NCBI GenBank assembly: GCA_021796115.1
Contig: JAJYOP010000007.1
Coordinates: forward strand, 6,867-70,866
DNA: 64,000 bases
Origin: a bacterium
Lineage (GTDB): Bacteria; Omnitrophota; Gorgyraeia; Duberdicusellales; 4484-171
Direction: 5' to 3'
Shown: in pieces, positions 17,106-25,010 of the stretch
How the letters are laid out: the number at the start of each line of letters is the position of its first letter
Position numbering within the stretch: the stretch's first letter is position 1
Notes under the pieces: model-generated
What the model saw: the letters and a program-made list of their open reading frames with translations, nothing else
Database searches by the model: none
What the model was told of the DNA's origin: nothing
Position numbers and translations under genes: made by a program

Positions 17106-17669
17106 ATGCAAAATATTACCAGGGAAACTTTGATAAAAGCTCAAAAGAGGGATCTTAGGGCATTTGAGGATATCTATAAAGAAAGTTCCGGGTTTGTTTA
17201 CAACGTTGCCTTGCGTATTTTGAATAACAGGCAGGATTCTGAAGAGGTTGTACAGGAAGTTTTCTTAAGCATTTATCATAATCTTAAAAATTTCCGTTTT
17301 CATTCTTCTTTTAAAACCTGGGTTTATAGGATTACGGTAAATTGCGCAATCAATCATATTAATAAAATGACTAAAGAAAAAAATAAATTAAAGGAATACA
17401 GTAATAGTTTGATTCAAACAACAGATAAATTTCAAGCACCGCAGATAGAAAAGATAGACACCGCACAGGAGGAAATGATCAATTCGCTCCTGGGAGCCCT
17501 CGATCCGGATCAAAGAACCTGCATAGTTTTAAGAAGCTTTGAGGGATTAAGTTACAAGGAGATATCTGACACACTGAAAATCAATATCAATACCGTGCGT
17601 ACCAGGTTAAAGAGAGCAAGAGAGAAATTATTGAACCTTAGAAAAGAGGTAGCAGGAAATGAATTGTAA
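17106..17669 (+). CDS. ECF-type RNA polymerase sigma factor
   Basis: 187 aa; sigma70 region 2 (VQEVFLSIYHNLKNF..WVYRITVNCAINH) and region 4 HTH (LSYKEISDTLKININTVRTRLKRAREKL). Confidence 0.9.
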   Translation: MQNITRETLIKAQKRDLRAFEDIYKESSGFVYNVALRILNNRQDSEEVVQEVFLSIYHNLKNFRFHSSFKTWVYRITVNCAINHINKMTKEKNKLKEYSNSLIQTTDKFQAPQIEKIDTAQEEMINSLLGALDPDQRTCIVLRSFEGLSYKEISDTLKININTVRTRLKRAREKLLNLRKEVAGNEL

Positions 17670-18156
17670 AAAAATCAAAGAATTAATTCTTACCGATTAT
17701 ATTGATAATCAAATGTGTGAGAAAGATAAAACATGTCTTGAATCCCATTTTGTTTATTGCAGGGAATGTAGAGATTTTTTTACGGCAGTAAAAAAGGCTG
17801 CAGTTGAGCCATTTATCAATACAAAACAGAATACGCCGCCGGAATTTATTTGGGAGCGGATAAAAGCGTCAATCTTCGCCGGCCAAAAAGAAAAAATAGG
17901 ATTTTCCGCCAATTTAAAAGAAAGGTTAAAAGGTATTTTTTATATACCCAAACCAGTTTTAGTCATGTCGACGATAACGATAGCAACGCTCATTATTGTA
18001 TTATTTGGTGTTTTGAAATTTGCCAATAAAGAAACTTCGCAAATTAGTATGGAAGAACAGGCTGAATATTCCATTTATTCGATGGAGGCGCCTGCTAGCA
18101 CCATTTTGAATAATGATAATGGATTTGGGACTTTAGTTGAAAAATATTTTTTATAA
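17659..18156 (+). CDS. anti-sigma factor (zf-HC2, single-pass membrane)
   Basis: H-x3-C-x2-C motif (HFVYCRECRD), TM VLVMSTITIATLIIVLFGVL; 11-nt overlap with sigma gene. Confidence 0.75.
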   Translation: MNCKKIKELILTDYIDNQMCEKDKTCLESHFVYCRECRDFFTAVKKAAVEPFINTKQNTPPEFIWERIKASIFAGQKEKIGFSANLKERLKGIFYIPKPVLVMSTITIATLIIVLFGVLKFANKETSQISMEEQAEYSIYSMEAPASTILNNDNGFGTLVEKYFL

Positions 18157-18180
18157 TTTTAAGAGGAGGAAAAAATATCC

Positions 18181-18660
18181 ATGAGAAAGTTAAATTTGCT
18201 TGCTATTCTAACTATTGCCGCATTAAGCGTATCTGTGCCTGCAGGCTATGCGGCTTCGCCAACGCCGGCGAATGGCCAGAAAAGTTCATTCTTGCAAAAA
18301 ATGGATACAAAACGAAAACAGCTTTATGACGAGCTTGGTTTAAACAATGAACAAAGGAAATTATTGGAAGCAAATAAAGATAAACATAGAGAGCAAACCA
18401 AAGCTTTGTTTTCACAAATCCATCAAAACATGGATTTGCTTCGTCAGGAGCTGGAGAAGAACGAATTAGACATGCAGGCAATTTATAAAACTAATAATGA
18501 ACTCAAAGAACTGCAAGCGCAAATGTTTGATAACAGGTTAGAGCGTATACTAGAGGTAAGAAAAATATTGACCCCCGAACAATTCAAAAAATTTGAAGAA
18601 AAAATGAATAAACGTATGTCACATTTTAAGAATAGGGACAAATATGGTAAAGATAGATAA
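18181..18660 (+). CDS. periplasmic Spy/CpxP-like (LTxxQ-type) protein
   Basis: Signal peptide ..PAGYA/AS; LNNEQRKLLE, LTPEQFKKFEE repeats. Confidence 0.65.
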   Translation: MRKLNLLAILTIAALSVSVPAGYAASPTPANGQKSSFLQKMDTKRKQLYDELGLNNEQRKLLEANKDKHREQTKALFSQIHQNMDLLRQELEKNELDMQAIYKTNNELKELQAQMFDNRLERILEVRKILTPEQFKKFEEKMNKRMSHFKNRDKYGKDR

Positions 18661-18919
18661 TAGTTTTAAGCAAATCATAATCATGAAAAATGTACCAGTT
18701 AATTTCCATTATTTTTATCAAGTGGCGAATAAAATACTATTGTATTCTTTGCTATTTGTTTTTAGCTTTTTTGTTATTTCTTTAATTTCTTCACGCCAGA
18801 ATAGGTTTTCTTGACTATATTAAAGAAGCGCTGATTATTAATTAATAGCTGACTATTAATAGATTGCTATGTTACCCTCTAGCCTTTAATGCCAGCATCA
18901 AGAGTGCCTCTTTATTGTA

Positions 18920-19030
18920 CCATATCTCTGTTATTCGAAATGGATAAAGAAAGCCATTCTAACTTTCAAAGAGCTGTAAACGGAGAGGAGAGACCCTCGT
19001 GCGATAGTCTGCCCTGACGAGAATCACCTC
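18920..19030. repeat. dispersed intergenic repeat, family 1 (copy c)
   Basis: CCATATCTCTGTTATTCGAAATGGATAAAGAAAGCC..AGCTGTAAACGGAGAGGAGAGACCCTCGTGCGATAGTCTGCCCTGACGAGAATCACCTC. Aligns with 14589-14696 and 43718-43781. Followed by the palindromic hairpin TCATTCTTCTTTTC/GAAAAGAAATAGAATGA and then TATAAT. Confidence 0.6.
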
Positions 19031-19108
19031 ATCATTCTTCTTTTCGAAAAGAAATAGAATGATATAATTAAAAAATCACAAATGAAGATATTCTAACTCA
19101 TAAAATTT

Positions 19109-19495
19109 ATGCTTAGATTTAGATTTTTATTTTTTATTTTTTTATGCACATTTGTACTCTCATGTTCCAAGCAGAATGTTGTATCATCACCTATTTCAGA
19201 AGATAATGCTAACCATCTTTCTAGTGCCAAGGCAGGTAACTTTGCACCAGGCCAACTCGAAGCGCACTATTTGAAACACGGTTATCAATTCGGCAATATT
19301 ACCCAAGAGCAGTATTTAGAAAACGCACAGAGTCTTCTCGACGCTTCTCCTGGAAACGATATCTTAGAGAAAAGAAGAGATAATGGCGATATTTTGCATT
19401 ACAAGGTAAGTACTGGCGAATTTGCAGTTATGGCTCGCAATGGAAGAATTAGGACGTATTTTAAAGCCAATTACCAATATTGGCTAAAGCAATGA
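19109..19495 (+). CDS. small lipoprotein with toxin-like C-terminal domain (function unknown)
   Basis: Signal peptide + FVLSC lipobox; C-terminal region AHYLKHGYQFG..TQEQYL..A..L...NGDILHY..GEFAV...G.IRTYFKA..YW recalls H-x2-KH nuclease-type polymorphic-toxin domains (recollection, unverified). Confidence 0.5.
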   Translation: MLRFRFLFFIFLCTFVLSCSKQNVVSSPISEDNANHLSSAKAGNFAPGQLEAHYLKHGYQFGNITQEQYLENAQSLLDASPGNDILEKRRDNGDILHYKVSTGEFAVMARNGRIRTYFKANYQYWLKQ

Positions 19496-19746
19496 GTAAA
19501 AATAAGTATATGTGTCCAGTGTGTGGTTTTAAAGGTTTAAAGGAAGAGCCTTACAATAGACAAAACCTGCCTTCACATGAAATCTGTCCTTGCTGCGGTT
19601 TTGAGTTTGGATTTGATGATGTCGCTAGCCAAGATGCATTTAGTCAAAACTGGATTAAAAACGGTGCAAACTGGTTTATGCCGAAATTAAAACCCATTAA
19701 TTGGAATCTAAATGAACAATTAAGTAATCTTGTTAAAAAAAATTAA
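19492..19746 (+). CDS. cysteine-rich CPCC-family protein
   Basis: CPVCGF..(22 aa)..HEICPCCGFEFGFDD; ATG 19492 overlaps upstream stop as ATGA (track start 19480 also possible). Confidence 0.75.
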   Translation: MSKNKYMCPVCGFKGLKEEPYNRQNLPSHEICPCCGFEFGFDDVASQDAFSQNWIKNGANWFMPKLKPINWNLNEQLSNLVKKN

Positions 19747-19844
19747 TATCGCCATATATTATCGTTCATCCATTCGATAATGTATAAAACATACTTCTGT
19801 TGTCCACTTAGAATAGGTAGACAATTTGTATATGTTTATATAGT

Positions 19845-19944
19845 GAAGCCCCACGAACTAAAGTCCGTGGCTTCCTCCTGAGCAGAAATCCCAAAAAGGC
19901 ATTTATCCCTCGGGTCATCCCATCTGGGATAGCCCGCGAGGAAT
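19845..19944. repeat. two hairpin repeats: GAAGCC..CACG..AAGTCCGTGGCTTC type and family-2 type
   Basis: GAAGCCCCACGAACTAAAGTCCGTGGCTTC (19845-19874) resembles 49505-49534. TTCCTC..GCAGAAATC..GGGATAGCCC..GAGGAA (19872-19944) resembles the reverse complement of 59472-59546. Confidence 0.5.
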
Positions 19945-19978
19945 GAATATAATTCCTGCTTCATAAGGAGCAAATACG

Positions 19979-22210
19979 ATGAGAAGAATTCTTTTGTTTG
20001 TTTTGCCAATTCTTATTATTGTTTCTGCGGCGTTTACCATTTTTGGTATCTTCCAAGTTCGCTTTGAGGAGGAGAAACTGCTTGATGATCTGCAACGTAA
20101 AAGCCGAATCGTTGCCGAAAGTATGGATATCGTAGTGAAGCAGGTTCTGGAAAACAACGATCTCAAAACCGCCAATTATCTTGTTGAGAGGTTCGAGGCT
20201 CGTGAACGATTGCAGGGTTGTGTCATATATAACAAAGAAGGGCAGATAATTGCAATTACCAAACGATTTACCGACTGGGAAAACAAACCGAAGCCATATA
20301 TTCAAGAAGTATTAAATAATAAGACTGCCCGCGGCGAGCTGGAAAATTTTAAAGATTACACAGTATACAGTTATATTCTTCCTATAACCGATAGCAAAGA
20401 GCAGGTTTTGGGTTTAGTTGAAGTCATCAATGATACTTCCTATGTGTTTACGCGTATAGCCGATCTTTGGAAACGCCTAAGTATTACCTTAATCGTTATA
20501 GTTATAACCATTATAATTATCTCAATTTTTCTACATAGGCAGATTTTCGTTTTACCGATAGAGCGCCTTACGGAATGGTTTAACCGTTTTCAGAAAGGTG
20601 AGACAGACGCAAAGCACCCCATAAAAGAAAAAGGGGAGTTAGGCAAACTGGCCAGCGAGGTTGAGCAGGTTGCCTTGAGTTTACGCGTCGCCCGCAGAAC
20701 GGTTTCTGATGAAGCAGCCGCGCGTTTTAATAAAACAGAAATGTGGACAGAAGCCAAATTGCGGGATTTAATTCATGCAAAATTAGGCGACAACGCTTTT
20801 TTTGTAGTATCAAACCGCGAGCCTTACATGCATGTTGTCGATGAAGTTCTGGGTTTTGTAGAATGTATCAGGCCGGCAAGCGGCGTTGTAACTGCGATAC
20901 ACCCTATTTTAGCTGCCTGCGGCGGGACGTGGATTGCCCACGGCGGGGGTAGCGCCGATAAGCAGTTCGTTAATTCTAAAGATAAACTGGGCGTTCCTCC
21001 GGAAAATAATCAATATATTTTAAAACGGATCTGGCTTTCTAAAGCGGAAGAACAAGGGTATTATTACGGTTTTTCCAATGAAGGCCTCTGGCCGCTTTGC
21101 CATAATACCCATACACGGCCAATTTTTCGGGAAAGCGATTGGCAAACTTATAAAGAAGTGAATCAGAAATTTGCCAAAAGCATTTTGGAAGAATTACCAA
21201 AGAAAAATCCTTTCGTGTTTATCCAGGATTATCACTTTACACTTTTGCCAAAAATGATTAAAGAAAAACGGCCGGAGGCAATTGTTGCATTATTCTGGCA
21301 TATCCCCTGGCCTACGCCTGAATCGTTTTCGGTCTGTCCATACCAAGAAGAAATTTTAAGCGGCATGCTCGGCTGTGATTTGATAGGGTTTCACGTGCAG
21401 AGCCATTGCAATAATTTTCTTGATACCGCAAACCGGCTGCTTGAATCGCGCGTGGATACGGAAAAATTCAGCGTGGTGCGTTTCGGTAAAGAAACCTTCG
21501 TCAGGGCTTTTCCTATAAGCATAGATTATCATATTGGCAAAGAGCAAAAAATTGATCATGAACAATTAGAGAAAATCAGGAAAGAATTAAAATTGGAAGG
21601 AAAGATAGTCGGCGTAGGCGTAGACAGGATAGATTATACAAAGGGCATCGCCGAAAAGCTGATGGCCGTAGACAGGTTTTTAGAAAAATATCCGCAGTAT
21701 AAAAACCACTTTATTTTTATACAGATAGGCGCGCCAAGCCGTACCCACATAAAACGCTACCATGACTTAATTGCCGAAATTGATGAGCTGGTTGATAGGA
21801 TCAATTGGAAACATCAGGATGGGGAATGGAAGCCCATAGTATATCTTAAACGGCACTTTTCTCCGGAAGAAATCATACCTTATTATGCGCTTTCCGATCT
21901 TTGTATCGTGAGCTCTCTTCATGATGGCATGAATCTCGTTGCCAAAGAGTATGTCGCCAATAAGAAAGATTTGTCGGGAATTTTGATTTTAAGCCGTTTC
22001 ACTGGCGCAGCGAGGGAATTAACGGACGCTATCCAGATAAATCCCTATTCCATAGAAGAATTTTCCGACAGCATAAAATTTGCAGTTGAAATGCCTCTTG
22101 AAGAAAAAAAGCGGCGCATGGAAAACATGCAAAATATTATTTCAGAAAATAATATTTATCGCTGGGCTGGAAGCATTATCACTGAGTTAACTGCTTTAAA
22201 AAAGATTTAA
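19979..22210 (+). CDS. otsA: trehalose-6-phosphate synthase (GT20) fused to N-terminal TM-sensor-TM-HAMP module
   Basis: 743 aa. TM1 res 4-25, ~140-aa extracytoplasmic segment, TM2 LSITLIVIVITIIIISIFL, HAMP-like PIERLTEWFNRF..LGKLASEVEQVA. The GT20 core then begins at FFVVSNREPY, with WPLCH, IQDYHF, GVDRIDYTKGI, LHDGMNLVAKEY. Confidence 0.9.
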   Translation: MRRILLFVLPILIIVSAAFTIFGIFQVRFEEEKLLDDLQRKSRIVAESMDIVVKQVLENNDLKTANYLVERFEARERLQGCVIYNKEGQIIAITKRFTDWENKPKPYIQEVLNNKTARGELENFKDYTVYSYILPITDSKEQVLGLVEVINDTSYVFTRIADLWKRLSITLIVIVITIIIISIFLHRQIFVLPIERLTEWFNRFQKGETDAKHPIKEKGELGKLASEVEQVALSLRVARRTVSDEAAARFNKTEMWTEAKLRDLIHAKLGDNAFFVVSNREPYMHVVDEVLGFVECIRPASGVVTAIHPILAACGGTWIAHGGGSADKQFVNSKDKLGVPPENNQYILKRIWLSKAEEQGYYYGFSNEGLWPLCHNTHTRPIFRESDWQTYKEVNQKFAKSILEELPKKNPFVFIQDYHFTLLPKMIKEKRPEAIVALFWHIPWPTPESFSVCPYQEEILSGMLGCDLIGFHVQSHCNNFLDTANRLLESRVDTEKFSVVRFGKETFVRAFPISIDYHIGKEQKIDHEQLEKIRKELKLEGKIVGVGVDRIDYTKGIAEKLMAVDRFLEKYPQYKNHFIFIQIGAPSRTHIKRYHDLIAEIDELVDRINWKHQDGEWKPIVYLKRHFSPEEIIPYYALSDLCIVSSLHDGMNLVAKEYVANKKDLSGILILSRFTGAARELTDAIQINPYSIEEFSDSIKFAVEMPLEEKKRRMENMQNIISENNIYRWAGSIITELTALKKI

Positions 22211-22227
22211 TATTACATTTATAAACC

Positions 22228-23031
22228 ATGAAGCATTTTCTTGCAATTTGCGATAAACTTAAAAAAGTTTTAGCTGGTAAAACTATATTTCTTTTTTTGG
22301 ATTACGATGGTACGTTGGCTCCTCTTGTTGACAGACCGGGGAGGGCCTTTCTTACTAAAAAAACCAAGAGGTTGCTTATAAATTTAGCGAAGAATCGTAA
22401 TTGTAAAGTAGCTATTGTCAGCGGCCGCAGGATAAAAGACATAAAAAAAAGGGTAAGAATTAAGAAAATTATTTACGTTGGAAACCATGGCCTTGAAATT
22501 TACGGCCCGAAAATAAAATTTGAGGCCAAGATTCATCCTAAATTCCCGGCTACACTTAGTTCAATAAAAGAAGAACTTAACAAAAAACTTTCTAAGGTTG
22601 ACGGTGCATTTGTCGAGGATAAAGGGCTGACGTTGAGCCTTCACTATCGCTGTGTTAACGAAAGAGATATTCCCGATGTAAAAACTATTTTTCATGAAAC
22701 CGTAAGCACGCATCTGGCCGGCGATAAAATAAAGGTAAAAGCCGGTAAGATGGTATTTGAGGTAAGGCCGCCGATAACTTGGGATAAGGGCAAGGCTATA
22801 CTCTGGCTTTTAGCCAGGCAGCAATTTGCTAATAAAAATAGAAAAGCATTGCCTTTTTATTTTGGAGACGATACCACCGATGAAGATGCCTTTCGTGCTT
22901 TAAGAAAAAGAGGTATTACTGTGTTTGTGGGTTCGTCTGGAGAGTCTCATGCCGAATATTATCTTAAATCTACGCAGGAAGTTGCAAGAGCGTTAAAACA
23001 AATACTAAAGTATTGCAGCACTATTGAATAA
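22228..23031 (+). CDS. otsB: trehalose-6-phosphate phosphatase (HAD-IIB)
   Basis: FLDYDGTLAP, VSGR, GDDTTDEDAF motifs. Confidence 0.9.
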   Translation: MKHFLAICDKLKKVLAGKTIFLFLDYDGTLAPLVDRPGRAFLTKKTKRLLINLAKNRNCKVAIVSGRRIKDIKKRVRIKKIIYVGNHGLEIYGPKIKFEAKIHPKFPATLSSIKEELNKKLSKVDGAFVEDKGLTLSLHYRCVNERDIPDVKTIFHETVSTHLAGDKIKVKAGKMVFEVRPPITWDKGKAILWLLARQQFANKNRKALPFYFGDDTTDEDAFRALRKRGITVFVGSSGESHAEYYLKSTQEVARALKQILKYCSTIE

Positions 23032-23696
23032 TGAAAGAGTTAATAAAAGCGAAAGAACCGTTTCAATTTCATACCAGGCTTCATTTGTCAGGATTAACCG
23101 GATTGCGCGCTTCTAATCTGTCGCAACTTCTGGAACTTATTAAAAGCGTTCCCGGCTCTTGTATTTATCACCATACGCACAGATTTTTGCAGCAGCACCA
23201 ATATTTGTCCCCGGAGCCTCCCAATGATTTTGCTTATTGGGTAACCGAAGTTTTAGGAGAAGATACGTTGGGTGAAAAATTAGCAAGTATTGATACTATT
23301 CAATTCGTAACCATCCATAGTTTGCGGGAAGAAATAGTCAGTGTCATTGAAGAGCATTTAGAAAATAATAAATTATCAAAATTAAAATTTGCCAGCGAAG
23401 GGGAAGAATTTCATTTTATCAAATCAGTCAGTTTTATCCTGCCTACCAAATATACCGCATACGATTTAAAAGAATTTTTGGATATTTTAGAAAAAATAAG
23501 CATTGATTCGATATACTTTCATGTTTTTGAGGCGCGTTTAAGGCTTGAGCGACACACAAATGATTTTTCAAACTGGATAGAGACTTCTCTTGGGAATAAG
23601 GAACTGGCGCGGCGCATTGCGCATTTAGATCCGTATACCCGCACTTTGGAAGGTTTGCGCAATAAGCTTATTGAGATGATTAAGAAAGCGATATAG
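23031..23696 (+). CDS. conserved hypothetical protein (DUF5752-like by recollection)
   Basis: 221 aa soluble protein, ATG overlaps otsB stop (TAATG); no catalytic motif recognised. Confidence 0.5.
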   Translation: MKELIKAKEPFQFHTRLHLSGLTGLRASNLSQLLELIKSVPGSCIYHHTHRFLQQHQYLSPEPPNDFAYWVTEVLGEDTLGEKLASIDTIQFVTIHSLREEIVSVIEEHLENNKLSKLKFASEGEEFHFIKSVSFILPTKYTAYDLKEFLDILEKISIDSIYFHVFEARLRLERHTNDFSNWIETSLGNKELARRIAHLDPYTRTLEGLRNKLIEMIKKAI

Positions 23697-23787
23697 CATC
23701 ACGTCGCAGGCAACGCGTAGCAGGTGATGCGTGATATGTGGAACAAGGCAAGTTACGCTAAACGCAAGCTTAATTTGTGTTAAGAAA

Positions 23788-24999
23788 ATGATTGAACTCC
23801 AGGATTATACCCCTATTGTCGGTCAAAATGTCATTGATGATTTAAGATTGCTTGCCGAAAAGTTAGAAGGTAAAGCCATCCAGAATATTAATTCTACTGC
23901 CGTTGGCGGCGGCGTCGCAGAAATCCTTAACCGCTTAATCCCGCTTTTACAGGAATTAAACGTAGATGCGCATTGGGATGTTATTAAGGGCGGTGAGCAG
24001 TTCTTTGAAGTAACAAAAAAGTTTCACAACGCCCTTCATGGTTTAAATGAAGAAATACGGTCTCATGATTTCGATATTTTTATGGAGGCAAGCAGCAATA
24101 ATATTGCACAGACTAATATTTATGGCGACATAGTTTTTGTCCATGATCCGCAGCCGATAGCCTTAATAAAAAAGAAAGGAAGCAATAAATGGATTTGGCG
24201 TTGTCATATCGATGTGTCTAATCCTAACCGGCGGGTATGGGGGTTTTTAAGAGATTTCGTAATAAAGTATGACGCTGCTGTTTTTTCTTCGCCAAGTTTT
24301 TCGCAGAGATTGCCGATACGGCAATTTCTTATTTCGCCATCTATCGATCCATTGAGCGATAAGAATAAAGAGCTCCCCGAAGATGTGATAAACGGCGTAT
24401 TAAAAAAATACGGTATTACAAAAGACAAACCTATTATTGCGCAAATTTCCCGGTTTGATCGGTTAAAAGACCCTCTTGGCGTGATTGCTGCCTACAAGCA
24501 GGTAAAGAAATACAATGATTGCCAGTTAATTCTGGCCGGTGGCGGAGCCAAAGATGACCCCGAAGGGATAAAAGTTTTTGAGGAAGTTAAAGAAAAAGCA
24601 AAAGAAGATAAGGATATCCATGCTTTGCTTCTGCCGCAAAACGATTTAGAAGTTAATGCCTTGCAAAGGGCGGCAACTATTATTATCCAGAAATCATTAA
24701 AAGAGGGATTTGGCTTAACCGTGACGGAGGCTCTTTGGAAAGCAAAACCCGTTGTGGCATCTGCCGTAGGCGGCATACCTTTACAGATAAAACATAAATA
24801 TTCCGGATTACTGTGCCATTCGGTTGACGGAGCGGCATTCGCCCTAAAACAGCTTTTAAACAGCCCTGACTATGCCAAAAAATTAGGCGATAATGGCAGA
24901 GAGCATGTGCGCAATAACTTTTTATTGACGCGGCACCTTAAAGAGTATATGCTTTTATTTCTTACCTTGTATAACGACAAAGATATGGTTTATCTATAA
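23788..24999 (+). CDS. GT4 glycosyltransferase, TreT-like trehalose synthase
   Basis: Start moved to ATG 23788 (MIELQDY..). N-terminus NSTAVGGGVAEIL and C-terminal SLKEGFGLTVTEALWKAKPVV (E-x7-E region) are typical of the TreT/GT4 family. Confidence 0.7.
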   Translation: MIELQDYTPIVGQNVIDDLRLLAEKLEGKAIQNINSTAVGGGVAEILNRLIPLLQELNVDAHWDVIKGGEQFFEVTKKFHNALHGLNEEIRSHDFDIFMEASSNNIAQTNIYGDIVFVHDPQPIALIKKKGSNKWIWRCHIDVSNPNRRVWGFLRDFVIKYDAAVFSSPSFSQRLPIRQFLISPSIDPLSDKNKELPEDVINGVLKKYGITKDKPIIAQISRFDRLKDPLGVIAAYKQVKKYNDCQLILAGGGAKDDPEGIKVFEEVKEKAKEDKDIHALLLPQNDLEVNALQRAATIIIQKSLKEGFGLTVTEALWKAKPVVASAVGGIPLQIKHKYSGLLCHSVDGAAFALKQLLNSPDYAKKLGDNGREHVRNNFLLTRHLKEYMLLFLTLYNDKDMVYL

Positions 25000-25010
25000 A
25001 ACTTGTAAAA

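Noticed and set aside
18683-18814. 43-aa hydrophobic small ORF (MKNVPVNFHYFYQVANKILLYSLLFVFSFFVISL..)
   Set aside because: No RBS, in an AT-rich spacer. It cannot be distinguished from chance.
19011-19050. CTGACGAG ... CGAAA resembling hammerhead ribozyme core
   Set aside because: The sequence between the boxes cannot form stem II, and the boxes are not conserved in the other repeat copies (for example CTGGCGAAAG at 43.76 kb).
25000-25010. Fluoride riboswitch upstream of the ClC gene
   Set aside because: Only 11 nt separate the TreT-like stop from the ClC start, which leaves no room for a riboswitch.
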